This document shows, in pieces, positions 1 through 7,253 of a DNA stretch of 10,429 nucleotides. This DNA comes from Promethearchaeota archaeon (lineage in GTDB: Archaea > Asgardarchaeota > Lokiarchaeia > Sigyniarchaeales > SOKP01). The stretch's first letter is position 1. Each line of letters starts with the position of its first letter. The stretch spans positions 1 through 10,429 of the forward strand of contig RDOE01000104.1 in assembly GCA_011364975.1 (NCBI GenBank). Direction: 5' to 3'. A program made the position numbers and the translations under genes. The notes beneath the pieces are model-generated. The model did no database searches. It saw only the letters and a list, made by a program, of their open reading frames with translations, and was not told where the DNA came from.

Positions 1-2
1 GA

Positions 3-413
3 TTCAGTGTCCATGCCGGACCCGCTCTTGCCGGATTATCGTTGTACCCCGTGTTAGGTCAAAGGGCAAATTTAGGAGCAATAGGGAGGCATGGATTATT
101 AATTACTCCTGAATTTGGGCCTAGACAGCGAATTGCTGTTATTTATACAAATATCACGAATCTCCCGTTCGCAAAGTCTAATTCTTATGAGTGGATCTCC
201 GAATTTTGTAAAAAGTGTGTGAGTTGCATGCAAGCTTGTCCTACTAAAGCTATATACGATACACCCATTCAGAAAGCGCATGGAAGATTAACCCATGTTG
301 ATGTGGAACAATGTGCGAAGGGATTCCTTTACTATGGGTGCAGTATATGTATCAAAGAATGTACCTTTAATAAGAATTCCCCAGAAAAGATGAAACGGAT
401 TGCTGATAAGTAA
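3..413 (+). CDS. Reductive dehalogenase / epoxyqueuosine reductase (RdhA/QueG)-like 4Fe-4S dicluster protein, C-terminal part (5'-truncated by window edge)
   Basis: The frame is open from nt 3 (FSVHAGPALAGLSLYPVLGQRANLG...), so the TTG at 42 is internal. Contains the ANLGAIGRHGLLITPEFGPRQR motif typical of RdhA/QueG proteins, a CxxCxxCxxxCP ferredoxin motif (CKKCVSCMQACP, from nt 207) and a second C-x8-CxxCxxxC motif (nt 312-362). Confidence 0.85.
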   Translation, partial: FSVHAGPALAGLSLYPVLGQRANLGAIGRHGLLITPEFGPRQRIAVIYTNITNLPFAKSNSYEWISEFCKKCVSCMQACPTKAIYDTPIQKAHGRLTHVDVEQCAKGFLYYGCSICIKECTFNKNSPEKMKRIADK

Positions 414-464
414 TTAAATTAGTTCAAGACAAAAAAACAAATATTATTGAGAAAAAAAGGTATT

Positions 465-1229
465 TCAGGATAAACTAGGAGAACTTTTTTTTATTCTAAT
501 AAACATCCAAGCTAGATATGGTTTAATTTCAAACTTAATAAAAGGTATCTCGGTAAGCAATTGGATTATTTCACTTTTATTATATGACGCCTTTAATGAT
601 CCTAGTGGTTCATTTATTCTTTTCAAAGGTTTAGGAACAACAATCTTAGTGGCGAATGTTAATAATCCATAAAATAACTTTCTTGAATTTCTCTGGAAAT
701 CAAACACTAAACAGACGCCATCTTTTCTTAAAACGCGAAATATTTCTTTAAAAGAAGAAATGGGTTCTGACCAATGGTGTAATGATAGAGTACTAACTAT
801 GAAATCCATAGAATCATTTGGGAAAGGTAATTTTTCAACACTTCCAATTTCAAATTTTATCTTTTCCTTCACACCATTTTTCTCAGCCTGTAATATTGCG
901 GCTGCAATAATTTCTTCAGATAAATCTATTCCTATTAACTCAAGATTTGAGAATGTTTTGGCAATTTGAATAATTAAATTACCTGAGCCGCATCCGATAT
1001 CTATCAATGTACCAGAGGGCTCTAATTTCCTAATAGTCGAAATAACTTTTTTTCTCAATAATTTAAAAGGAGGTGTGTTTGCCATTCTGCCAAAAGCTTT
1101 TGCTACATCTGGATCATCAATAGCCTCTATACTTGAAATTCTTTCACAATCCTTACGAGGTAATGCCAATATTAAAAAAATTATTATAAAAACTCCAAAT
1201 AATAGGAAGAAAATTAACCAAAAATCCAT
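465..1229 (-). CDS. Class I SAM-dependent methyltransferase (UbiE/Methyltransf_11-like) with an N-terminal membrane anchor
   Basis: Motif I LIDIGCGSG, acidic GIDLS at the end of strand 2, GSVEKLPFPNDSMDFIVS, SLHHW and EIFRVLRKDG. The first ~23 aa are strongly hydrophobic. Confidence 0.92.
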   Translation of the reverse strand: MDFWLIFFLLFGVFIIIFLILALPRKDCERISSIEAIDDPDVAKAFGRMANTPPFKLLRKKVISTIRKLEPSGTLIDIGCGSGNLIIQIAKTFSNLELIGIDLSEEIIAAAILQAEKNGVKEKIKFEIGSVEKLPFPNDSMDFIVSTLSLHHWSEPISSFKEIFRVLRKDGVCLVFDFQRNSRKLFYGLLTFATKIVVPKPLKRINEPLGSLKASYNKSEIIQLLTEIPFIKFEIKPYLAWMFIRIKKSSPSLS

Positions 1230-1254
1230 CAGATTATTAAATTTAGTGTTTAAT

Positions 1255-1311
1255 TTAAACTATAGTATCAATACATTTCTTATATTAAATTATAATATCA
1301 ACCTTTTTTAA
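1255..1311. promoter_or_regulatory. Divergent promoter region with a 17-bp imperfect direct repeat and a TATA-like box
   Basis: TTAAACTATAGTATCAA (1255-1271) and TTAAATTATAATATCAA (1285-1301) match at 15/17 with a 30-nt period. They are followed by TTTTTTAA (1304-1311), about 25 nt before ATG 1334. Confidence 0.4.
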
Positions 1312-1333
1312 GCAAGGTCTCCTCCATGATATT

Positions 1334-1702
1334 ATGACACTTGAAAGAAAGGATGCTCCTAAAACCTTTATTCCTATTTTTATGATATGGATTTTCCTAT
1401 GCAATCTTGCGGCGATAATCTTAGCAATTATATGGAATATTCAATTTCCTGAGAGCTTTTACTTTAATGCAATGGTCTCAATGTATATTATTATTGGGAT
1501 AAATATTCTTAGCATCATTCTATTATATCCTTTGCTCCGTATGGATCCAATAACCCCATTTCTAAAGGGTGCGCTTATCTGGTATATTGTGATATCGATA
1601 ATATATGTCATTTTGGGTGCTTATATTGCCCTAATACCAGGGACCGTCCAATTGCTAGGAGACCTTTGGTTTCATTGGAAGCGGAATAAACTGATTGGAT
1701 AA
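1334..1702 (+). CDS. Hypothetical integral membrane protein (about 3-4 TM helices)
   Basis: 122-aa ORF with ATG start, three long hydrophobic segments and a basic C-terminus (WKRNK). No family recognised. Confidence 0.75.
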   Translation: MTLERKDAPKTFIPIFMIWIFLCNLAAIILAIIWNIQFPESFYFNAMVSMYIIIGINILSIILLYPLLRMDPITPFLKGALIWYIVISIIYVILGAYIALIPGTVQLLGDLWFHWKRNKLIG

Positions 1703-1719
1703 AAACGTTTTAAAAATAG

Positions 1720-1887
1720 CCTTCTAAAGCTGTACAAGAATCCTTAAAAGAATTAAAAATGCACGGAATAAATGCTGTTCCTACTTTTATCATTGAAGAT
1801 ATAATAATTGTCGGAGCTCAACCTTACGAGATTTTTAAAAAAGTTATTAATAAAGTATTGGATGAGAAATCAAGGGTTATTGAATGA
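1720..1887 (+). pseudogene. DsbA/FrnE-like (DSBA thioredoxin-fold) C-terminal remnant
   Basis: Manual translation gives PSKAVQESLKELKMHGINAVPTFIIEDIIIVGAQPYEIFKKVINKVLDEKSRVIE*. The G-I-x-x-V-P-T-F and GAQP motifs are hallmarks of DsbA/FrnE C-termini. Upstream in-frame stops (TAG 1717, TAA 1711) and no CxxC. The only ATG (1759) would give 42 aa. Confidence 0.75.
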
Positions 1888-1946
1888 AAGAATTATAGTT
1901 CTTCTCTTCAAAACCTTGTTTAAAAGATTAAGATTTAATTCTAATC

Positions 1947-2348
1947 TTATTTTACTTTAAAGATAGAAAAAGTTCCGTAAGCTTTTGCTACAATTATATC
2001 CTCATTCAAAATTTCTGATTCCAGGACACCTATCGTCTTTCCTTTATGGATTACTTTGGTATCACAAATGAGGATTCCATCTTTTACAGACTTAAAATAA
2101 TTTATTTTAATCTCAATAGTTGCACATAATTCCTCTTTTTCTAATAAAGAATATAAGGCAGCTCCCATACCTGTGTCTGCCATAGAATATAAAACTCCAC
2201 CATGCACTACATTATGGGGGTTAAAATGATCTTCATTTATCTGAAGAAAACATTGGGAATAACCTCGTTCAAATTTTCTAAATTCTAGACCGATTAAATC
2301 ACCAAATTTATGAAAACCTTTAGCTTTTAGAGGAAATGGTTTAGGCAT
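1947..2348 (-). CDS. PaaI-family hotdog-fold acyl-CoA thioesterase
   Basis: NPHNVVHGGVLYSMADTGMG (the N...HGG...D signature), TIEIKINYFKSV and HKGKT; 133 aa. Confidence 0.93.
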   Translation of the reverse strand: MPKPFPLKAKGFHKFGDLIGLEFRKFERGYSQCFLQINEDHFNPHNVVHGGVLYSMADTGMGAALYSLLEKEELCATIEIKINYFKSVKDGILICDTKVIHKGKTIGVLESEILNEDIIVAKAYGTFSIFKVK

Positions 2349-2552
2349 AATAATATAATGGATTTATATTATTAAAATATGCATTTTATTTAATAGGATT
2401 CACCAAGATAGAGGTAAATACATAATTAATACTTTTAGTTAAATATTTTAAAATGATTATCAAGAAAAAGTATTATTTTATGCCAAATTCACTTAGATAA
2501 ATAGTGAAAGATATTAATTTCATAATATCAATAAATTGAATGAAACTATAGG

Positions 2553-3728
2553 ATGAATGCAAAAGAAAGAGTTTTGAAGACACTATCTCATGAAGAACCA
2601 GATAGAGTTCCCTCATTTGAAGGGTCAATAGACAACCTCAGTATATATAATTATTACGGTGAAAAATATGGTTATTTAGGAATAGGACAAGCGATCCAAT
2701 CTTTAGCAAAAATGCCCAATAAGGATATAATTGCACAACAAGTTTTTAGTACTAAAACTGCTGTAAAAAATAGTATTTTAACTTCTGCTGCGATTTTTAG
2801 AAAAGCAGGTATTGATTTGATGGGAGGACCTTTATCTATGTTTCCAGTAAAGGTATTTGAATGGGGTTATGTTGATGAATTTGGTCGCACTTTTAAGGCA
2901 ATGAAGAATCCTGCAGACAATATGGACATTTTATTTTATAACGGAGGTTTTTTCAAAGATTATGAAGATTATGAAGCATGGGAATACCATCCCGAACCAG
3001 ATACTAAAATCAGACAATTAAATTTTGAAGCTCATCGTACTGTTATGGAGCAATTGAATAATGAAATCTACATTATACCCGGTAGTGGTGCTTTATTAGA
3101 GATGGTGTTTGAAAGTTTTGGTATGGAAAATTTTGCTCGATTATTAGCTAAACCAAAACAAGCAAAAAAAGTATTTGATGATAGAGGTAAATTTGCTCTC
3201 GAATTAGCGAAATTGTGTATGGAGTGGGGTGCTGAGATGATATTAGTTTGGGATGATTATGCATATAAGTCGGGATTATTCATGAGTCCAAGAAATTATG
3301 AGATGTATATTTTTCCATGGTTAACGAGAATATGTAATGAAGTACATAAAAATGGCGGGAAAGTCTTACTGCACAGCTGTGGTGACATTTTGCCCATTTT
3401 TGACATTTTAATAGAATGTGGGATTGATGCTTTTAATCCTATTGAACCTACAACCGCAAATCCAGATTATGACATTTTTAAATTGAAAGAGAAATACGGT
3501 GATCAAATCACTTTAGTAGGAAATGTAAGCCCTCAAGATCTTGCGGATAAGAACACCGAATATATTAAACAATACACAAAAAAACTCATTAGGGAATGTG
3601 CACCTGGAGGAGGATTCATTTTAAGCTCGGGTCATAGTATTAATCCTGCAGTTAAACTAGAAAATTTCTTGGCAATGAGGGAAACTACAATTAAATTTGG
3701 CAAATATCCTATTCAAAAAGTTATATAA
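2553..3728 (+). CDS. Uroporphyrinogen decarboxylase superfamily protein (URO-D-like / MtaA-CmuA methyltransferase-like)
   Basis: N-terminal MNAKERVLKTLSHEEPDRVP, then DEFGR, WDDYAYKSGLFMSP, LLHSCG, LKEKYGDQITLVGNV and GGGFILSSGHSI. Lacks the MRQAGR motif of true HemE. Confidence 0.9.
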   Translation: MNAKERVLKTLSHEEPDRVPSFEGSIDNLSIYNYYGEKYGYLGIGQAIQSLAKMPNKDIIAQQVFSTKTAVKNSILTSAAIFRKAGIDLMGGPLSMFPVKVFEWGYVDEFGRTFKAMKNPADNMDILFYNGGFFKDYEDYEAWEYHPEPDTKIRQLNFEAHRTVMEQLNNEIYIIPGSGALLEMVFESFGMENFARLLAKPKQAKKVFDDRGKFALELAKLCMEWGAEMILVWDDYAYKSGLFMSPRNYEMYIFPWLTRICNEVHKNGGKVLLHSCGDILPIFDILIECGIDAFNPIEPTTANPDYDIFKLKEKYGDQITLVGNVSPQDLADKNTEYIKQYTKKLIRECAPGGGFILSSGHSINPAVKLENFLAMRETTIKFGKYPIQKVI

Positions 3729-3738
3729 GAATACTGAT

Positions 3739-3767
3739 CAGAAATCATAGGAAATGATCTTTTTCTG
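3739..3767 (+). terminator. Possible hairpin / T-tract terminator after the UROD-like gene
   Basis: CAGAA-ATCAT (3739-3748), loop AGGAA, ATGAT-[CTTT]-TTCTG (3754-3767). Starts 11 nt after the stop and includes a TTTTT tract. Confidence 0.3.
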
Positions 3768-3869
3768 CAAATAAAATTTAAAAAAAATTAGAAAAACTAG
3801 TTATAAACAGAATACTTATGTTTTTAATTGTTAAATTTATCTAGTATCTATCTCAAAAAAGAATAAATA

Positions 3870-4157
3870 GTGAATTTAAGGATTAAACCTCTTTTACAAG
3901 TTTTTTTAAAGGAAGAAGAAAACTATTGTGCAAAATGCTGTAAAACTCGACAAGTCATAGAAAGAATGATGATGGAAATTCCACAATTAAAAGATAAAAT
4001 TGAGATTGAATACCAAGACATTGTATTAATGGAAGGAGCTGAAAAGTACAGTAATCTTATTCCACCTGTTGTTATGATTAATGGAACTATTTTTTCAGAA
4101 GGCCATATACCTATAATTAAAAAACTCTCTAGTGAGTTATTCAAGATGATTAATTAA
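3870..4157 (+). CDS. Small thioredoxin/glutaredoxin-like protein (Thioredoxin_3 / MTH895-like)
   Basis: CAKC(C) at nt 3927-3941 after a beta-strand (LLQVF), the cis-Pro loop IPPVVMING, and a C-terminal GHIP plus helix. GTG start, exact start uncertain. Confidence 0.8.
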   Translation: MNLRIKPLLQVFLKEEENYCAKCCKTRQVIERMMMEIPQLKDKIEIEYQDIVLMEGAEKYSNLIPPVVMINGTIFSEGHIPIIKKLSSELFKMIN

Positions 4158-4255
4158 GGTAAAAATCAAGAAGAATCCTCATATTAAAGTATACTTTTAT
4201 TCTAAAGATTAACTTAATATGTAATTAATTTTAACTTAAATTAGATCAATTAGAA

Positions 4256-4261
4256 TGAGGA
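4256..4261 (+). promoter_or_regulatory. Putative Shine-Dalgarno (TGAGGA) for the SRPBCC gene
   Basis: TGAGGA ends 6 nt before ATG 4268. Confidence 0.4.
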
Positions 4262-4267
4262 TTATTA

Positions 4268-4723
4268 ATGAAAACTCTTAAGGAATCTATAGAAATTAAT
4301 GTTTCTCCTGAAAGTATTTGGGATTGGTTCATGCATTTTGCTGAAAATTATTGTGAGTGGCATCCTTCTCATATAAAGGCTTACTGGAAAAAGGGAGAAC
4401 CTAATAAAATTGATTCAATCCTTTATGCTGAAGAGGACATTGCTGGAGAGTTATTAAAGATGAGTTCAAAATTAACAACACTTATTCCTAATAGGTTATA
4501 TAAATTTAAGGTAGTAGGATTTTTGAGCTTGATAGTACCTCGTGGTAGTTTTGAAATACAACCTTCTGATAATGGAAGTATTTTCACAGCGACCCTTGAT
4601 TTTCATATGGGAAAATTATTATCCAAAATTCTAAAAAAGAAAGTAGGAGAAATAACTCAGCATATGGTTGAAGAAGGAGAAAATTTGAAAACTATTTTAG
4701 AACTTAAAAAAATTGAAAATTAA
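4268..4723 (+). CDS. SRPBCC / polyketide cyclase (START/Bet v1-like) family protein
   Basis: N-terminal ESIEINVSPESIWDWF...YCEWHP pattern, a beta-rich middle and a long C-terminal helix ending ENLKTILE. Confidence 0.85.
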   Translation: MKTLKESIEINVSPESIWDWFMHFAENYCEWHPSHIKAYWKKGEPNKIDSILYAEEDIAGELLKMSSKLTTLIPNRLYKFKVVGFLSLIVPRGSFEIQPSDNGSIFTATLDFHMGKLLSKILKKKVGEITQHMVEEGENLKTILELKKIEN

Positions 4724-4733
4724 GTTTTGATAC

Positions 4734-5090
4734 TTAATTATAAGATATTAGTTCATGTAATTTAGTTTCTATTTTGTATAAATCATTTGAGCCTGGACGT
4801 AAAAGATATAATTCTTTCTTAAAAATTTTATGTAAAACAATCATACCGGATCCTTTGACTCTATTTTCAATTTTATTGTCTTCATTTACTATAGCTCGTT
4901 TTATTAAAGAAATTACTTCATGAAATTGCTGTTTATTCACCTTCTGTTTCACGTAATCGCCTCCATCATAAATTCCGCTGGAGCTAAGTAAAGGTTTCAT
5001 AGGAATATATTCTATAATTCTCTTTATTCTTTTTTTAACTATATACTGGTTACCACTACCATCAAGATATTGAATTCTAGTTAAAACCAT
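4734..5090 (-). CDS. Hypothetical basic soluble protein
   Basis: 118-aa ORF with ATG start that fills the gap between neighbours. Motif-like segments YLDGSGNQY, EYIPMKP-x2-SSSGIYDGG and NRVKGSG. Confidence 0.75.
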   Translation of the reverse strand: MVLTRIQYLDGSGNQYIVKKRIKRIIEYIPMKPLLSSSGIYDGGDYVKQKVNKQQFHEVISLIKRAIVNEDNKIENRVKGSGMIVLHKIFKKELYLLRPGSNDLYKIETKLHELISYN

Positions 5091-5181
5091 TTTATATATT
5101 CAGCCTTTATTAAAAACAATTAATAATTTGATAAAATAAGTATCCTTTATTAGCAATTACATTTAAAATATTGAAGGTCAA

Positions 5182-5634
5182 ATGGACTTATTTGATTGGA
5201 TCTTTATAATCTCCGGTTTTATTTTTTTCTCTTCGATAATTGCAGTGTTCATTTCTTGGACCAAAGATAAAATAAACCTTGTGAAAGTAATAGGATACCT
5301 CCTGATCGCTTTAATGGCTCCTATGGTAATTGTCTTAATAAATTATTTCACAATTGGGAAAGAACTGAAATTCATTATTTATGTAATCTTGATCATTAGT
5401 TACTTGGTTGTTGAACTCTGCCTTGATAAGATTTTTAAAATCGATTTCAGATCCAAACCAAGTAAGCACGTTCCTTATATTATCTTGGAATATGCTGCAT
5501 GTTTCTCCTTTGTATTCGGCGCACTTACTCTTGATTTAGTCATGGGTTGGATCATGTCCTTCTTCTTTTGGGGACTTTTAGTAACCTTAATCTATTATAT
5601 AATTGATCAGAAGAAAAAGAAACAAAAAACTTAG
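5182..5634 (+). CDS. Hypothetical integral membrane protein (about 5 TM helices)
   Basis: Five hydrophobic segments, a polar loop VELCLDKIFKIDFRSK and a lysine-rich tail. TATA-like TTTATTA about 30 nt upstream. Confidence 0.78.
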   Translation: MDLFDWIFIISGFIFFSSIIAVFISWTKDKINLVKVIGYLLIALMAPMVIVLINYFTIGKELKFIIYVILIISYLVVELCLDKIFKIDFRSKPSKHVPYIILEYAACFSFVFGALTLDLVMGWIMSFFFWGLLVTLIYYIIDQKKKKQKT

Positions 5635-5718
5635 TCTTAAAGAACTCAAAAAAATGGATTGGTCTCACTTTCTCTATTCAAAATCTTTTTTATCTTTCTT
5701 ACTATTTTTAATATGATT

Positions 5719-7197
5719 ATGACGATTGTGGAAGTAAAAAGTGGAAAAATAAAAGGATATACTGAAGACAATTTACATATATTTAAAGGTATTCCTTATG
5801 CCGAGCCTCCGATTGGTGATTTACGGTTTAATGCACCACAAGCGAAAAAACCTTGGGATTCTATACTTGATGCTACAAAATTCGGGCCTTGCGCATTTCA
5901 GGGATATACCGCACTTGAGGAGGTAACCGGTAAACTTCAACCTGAAAGTGAAGATTGTTTAACCCTTAATATTTGGACTCCAGCGATTGATGATGAGAAA
6001 CGACCAGTAATGTTTTGGATTCACGGCGGAGCCTTTATTATGGGGGGAAGTAGAGCTCCCATTTTTGATGGTTCCGCATTAGCACAGCGGGGTAATGTTG
6101 TTATAGTAACTATTAATTACCGATTGGGTGCTTTTGGATATTTATATATACCAGGTGTTACTGCAAACGTAGGCCAATTGGATCAGATTTTAGCATTGAA
6201 ATGGGTTCATGATAATATAGCTAAGTTTGGGGGTGATCCGGATAATATTACAATTTTTGGTGAATCTGCAGGAGCCTATGCTGTTATTACTCTAGCAGCA
6301 ATGCCTGCCGCTAAGGGTTTATTTCGTCGAATTATAGCACAAAGTATGCCTACTATCGATCCCAAGGTGACAAAAAAACCTACTAAAGAATTGATGCGTG
6401 CTTTAGGGATAAAAAGTGGAGATATTACGGCATTACGTAAAGTAGCTCCTGAAGAGATTATAAAAGCTCAAAATGAAATTACTAAAGGAGGAGGCTTAGC
6501 TTTTAGACCTTTAATCGATGGTGAGACACTTCCCGAACACCCATTAACCGTTTTCAAGGAGGGTAAATGTAAAAATATTGATTTAATGATGGGAACTAAT
6601 CTACATGAAGCAAAGCTTTTTACTTCATTGGATCCCTCTACTAGCAAAATTAACGATGAAAAAGCTATAATGCTTTATTTAGGTATGATGGGAATAAATT
6701 CTGAGAACGCTAGAAACATTATTAACACTTATAAAAAGGCAAGAGAGGGAATTTTTTCAATTGAACCCAAAGAATTATTGGATTCTATTGTTACAGACCT
6801 GATGTTCCGAGTTGCAACACTACAAATTCTTGAGGTGCAATCCATTCATCAGCCAAATACCTATAATTATTTATTTACTTGGGAAACTTCCGTAAATAAT
6901 GGACAACTTGGTGCTTGTCATGCTCTTGAACTCCCGTTTGTATTTAATACTCTTGAAGAACCTGGAATGGAAGTTTTAGTAGGTAATGCGGCTAATACAG
7001 GAGATTTATGTGAAAATATGATGGACGCTTGGCTCTCATTTGCTTATAGTGGTAATCCCAATCATGATGGAATCCCAGATTGGCCCACTTATGATAAGGA
7101 AAGCAGAGCTACGCTTTTATTCGGAAAAGAATTTAAGATTGCTAATGCATTATTTGATAAAGAGCGAGAAGTGTGGGATGGATTATTGAAGATTTAA
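5719..7197 (+). CDS. Type-B carboxylesterase/lipase (COesterase, PnbA-like)
   Basis: FKGIPYAEPPIGDLRF, SEDCLTLNIWTP, oxyanion HGGAF, NYRLGAFG, nucleophile GESAG (6259-6273), acid Glu in GTNLHE and His in GACHALEL. The start is more likely ATG 5719 (or 5713) than TTG 5659, because family homology begins at TIVEVKSGKIKG and a TATA-like TTTTTTA lies at 5686-5692. Confidence 0.95.
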   Translation: MTIVEVKSGKIKGYTEDNLHIFKGIPYAEPPIGDLRFNAPQAKKPWDSILDATKFGPCAFQGYTALEEVTGKLQPESEDCLTLNIWTPAIDDEKRPVMFWIHGGAFIMGGSRAPIFDGSALAQRGNVVIVTINYRLGAFGYLYIPGVTANVGQLDQILALKWVHDNIAKFGGDPDNITIFGESAGAYAVITLAAMPAAKGLFRRIIAQSMPTIDPKVTKKPTKELMRALGIKSGDITALRKVAPEEIIKAQNEITKGGGLAFRPLIDGETLPEHPLTVFKEGKCKNIDLMMGTNLHEAKLFTSLDPSTSKINDEKAIMLYLGMMGINSENARNIINTYKKAREGIFSIEPKELLDSIVTDLMFRVATLQILEVQSIHQPNTYNYLFTWETSVNNGQLGACHALELPFVFNTLEEPGMEVLVGNAANTGDLCENMMDAWLSFAYSGNPNHDGIPDWPTYDKESRATLLFGKEFKIANALFDKEREVWDGLLKI

Positions 7198-7253
7198 TTG
7201 GTTCAAAGAAATAAATCGATTATTGAAGTTAATATTTCAAAATATTTTTTAAT

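Noticed and set aside
99-281. 60-aa minus-strand ORF
   Set aside because: Antisense shadow of the Fe-S protein gene, with no motifs.
760-1311. Plus-strand ORFs 760-969 and 1075-1311
   Set aside because: Antisense to the well-supported methyltransferase, with no recognisable features.
1711-1923. Selenocysteine/pyrrolysine read-through rescuing the DsbA fragment
   Set aside because: TAG 1717 is preceded by TAA 1711 two codons earlier. TGA 1885 is at the natural C-terminus and read-through adds only 11 featureless residues. No TGA lies at a redox-motif position.
3739-3767. Hairpin containing ATGA as a possible SECIS element
   Set aside because: The stem is too short, no convincing non-canonical GA quartet is present, and the flanking genes have no in-frame TGA.
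3923-4144. 73-aa minus-strand ORF
   Set aside because: Antisense shadow of the thioredoxin-like gene.
5104-5152. CCTTTATTA repeated at 40-nt spacing
   Set aside because: Short and AT-rich; the second copy is adequately explained as a TATA box.
5182-5193. Identical first 12 nt (ATGGACTTATTT, MDLF) in the membrane-protein genes at 5182 and 9398
   Set aside because: Similarity decays right afterwards and the proteins are not evidently homologous, so this is most likely coincidence.
5659-5718. Apparent signal peptide of the carboxylesterase
   Set aside because: It depends on a TTG start, overlaps a TATA-like box and precedes the start of family homology.
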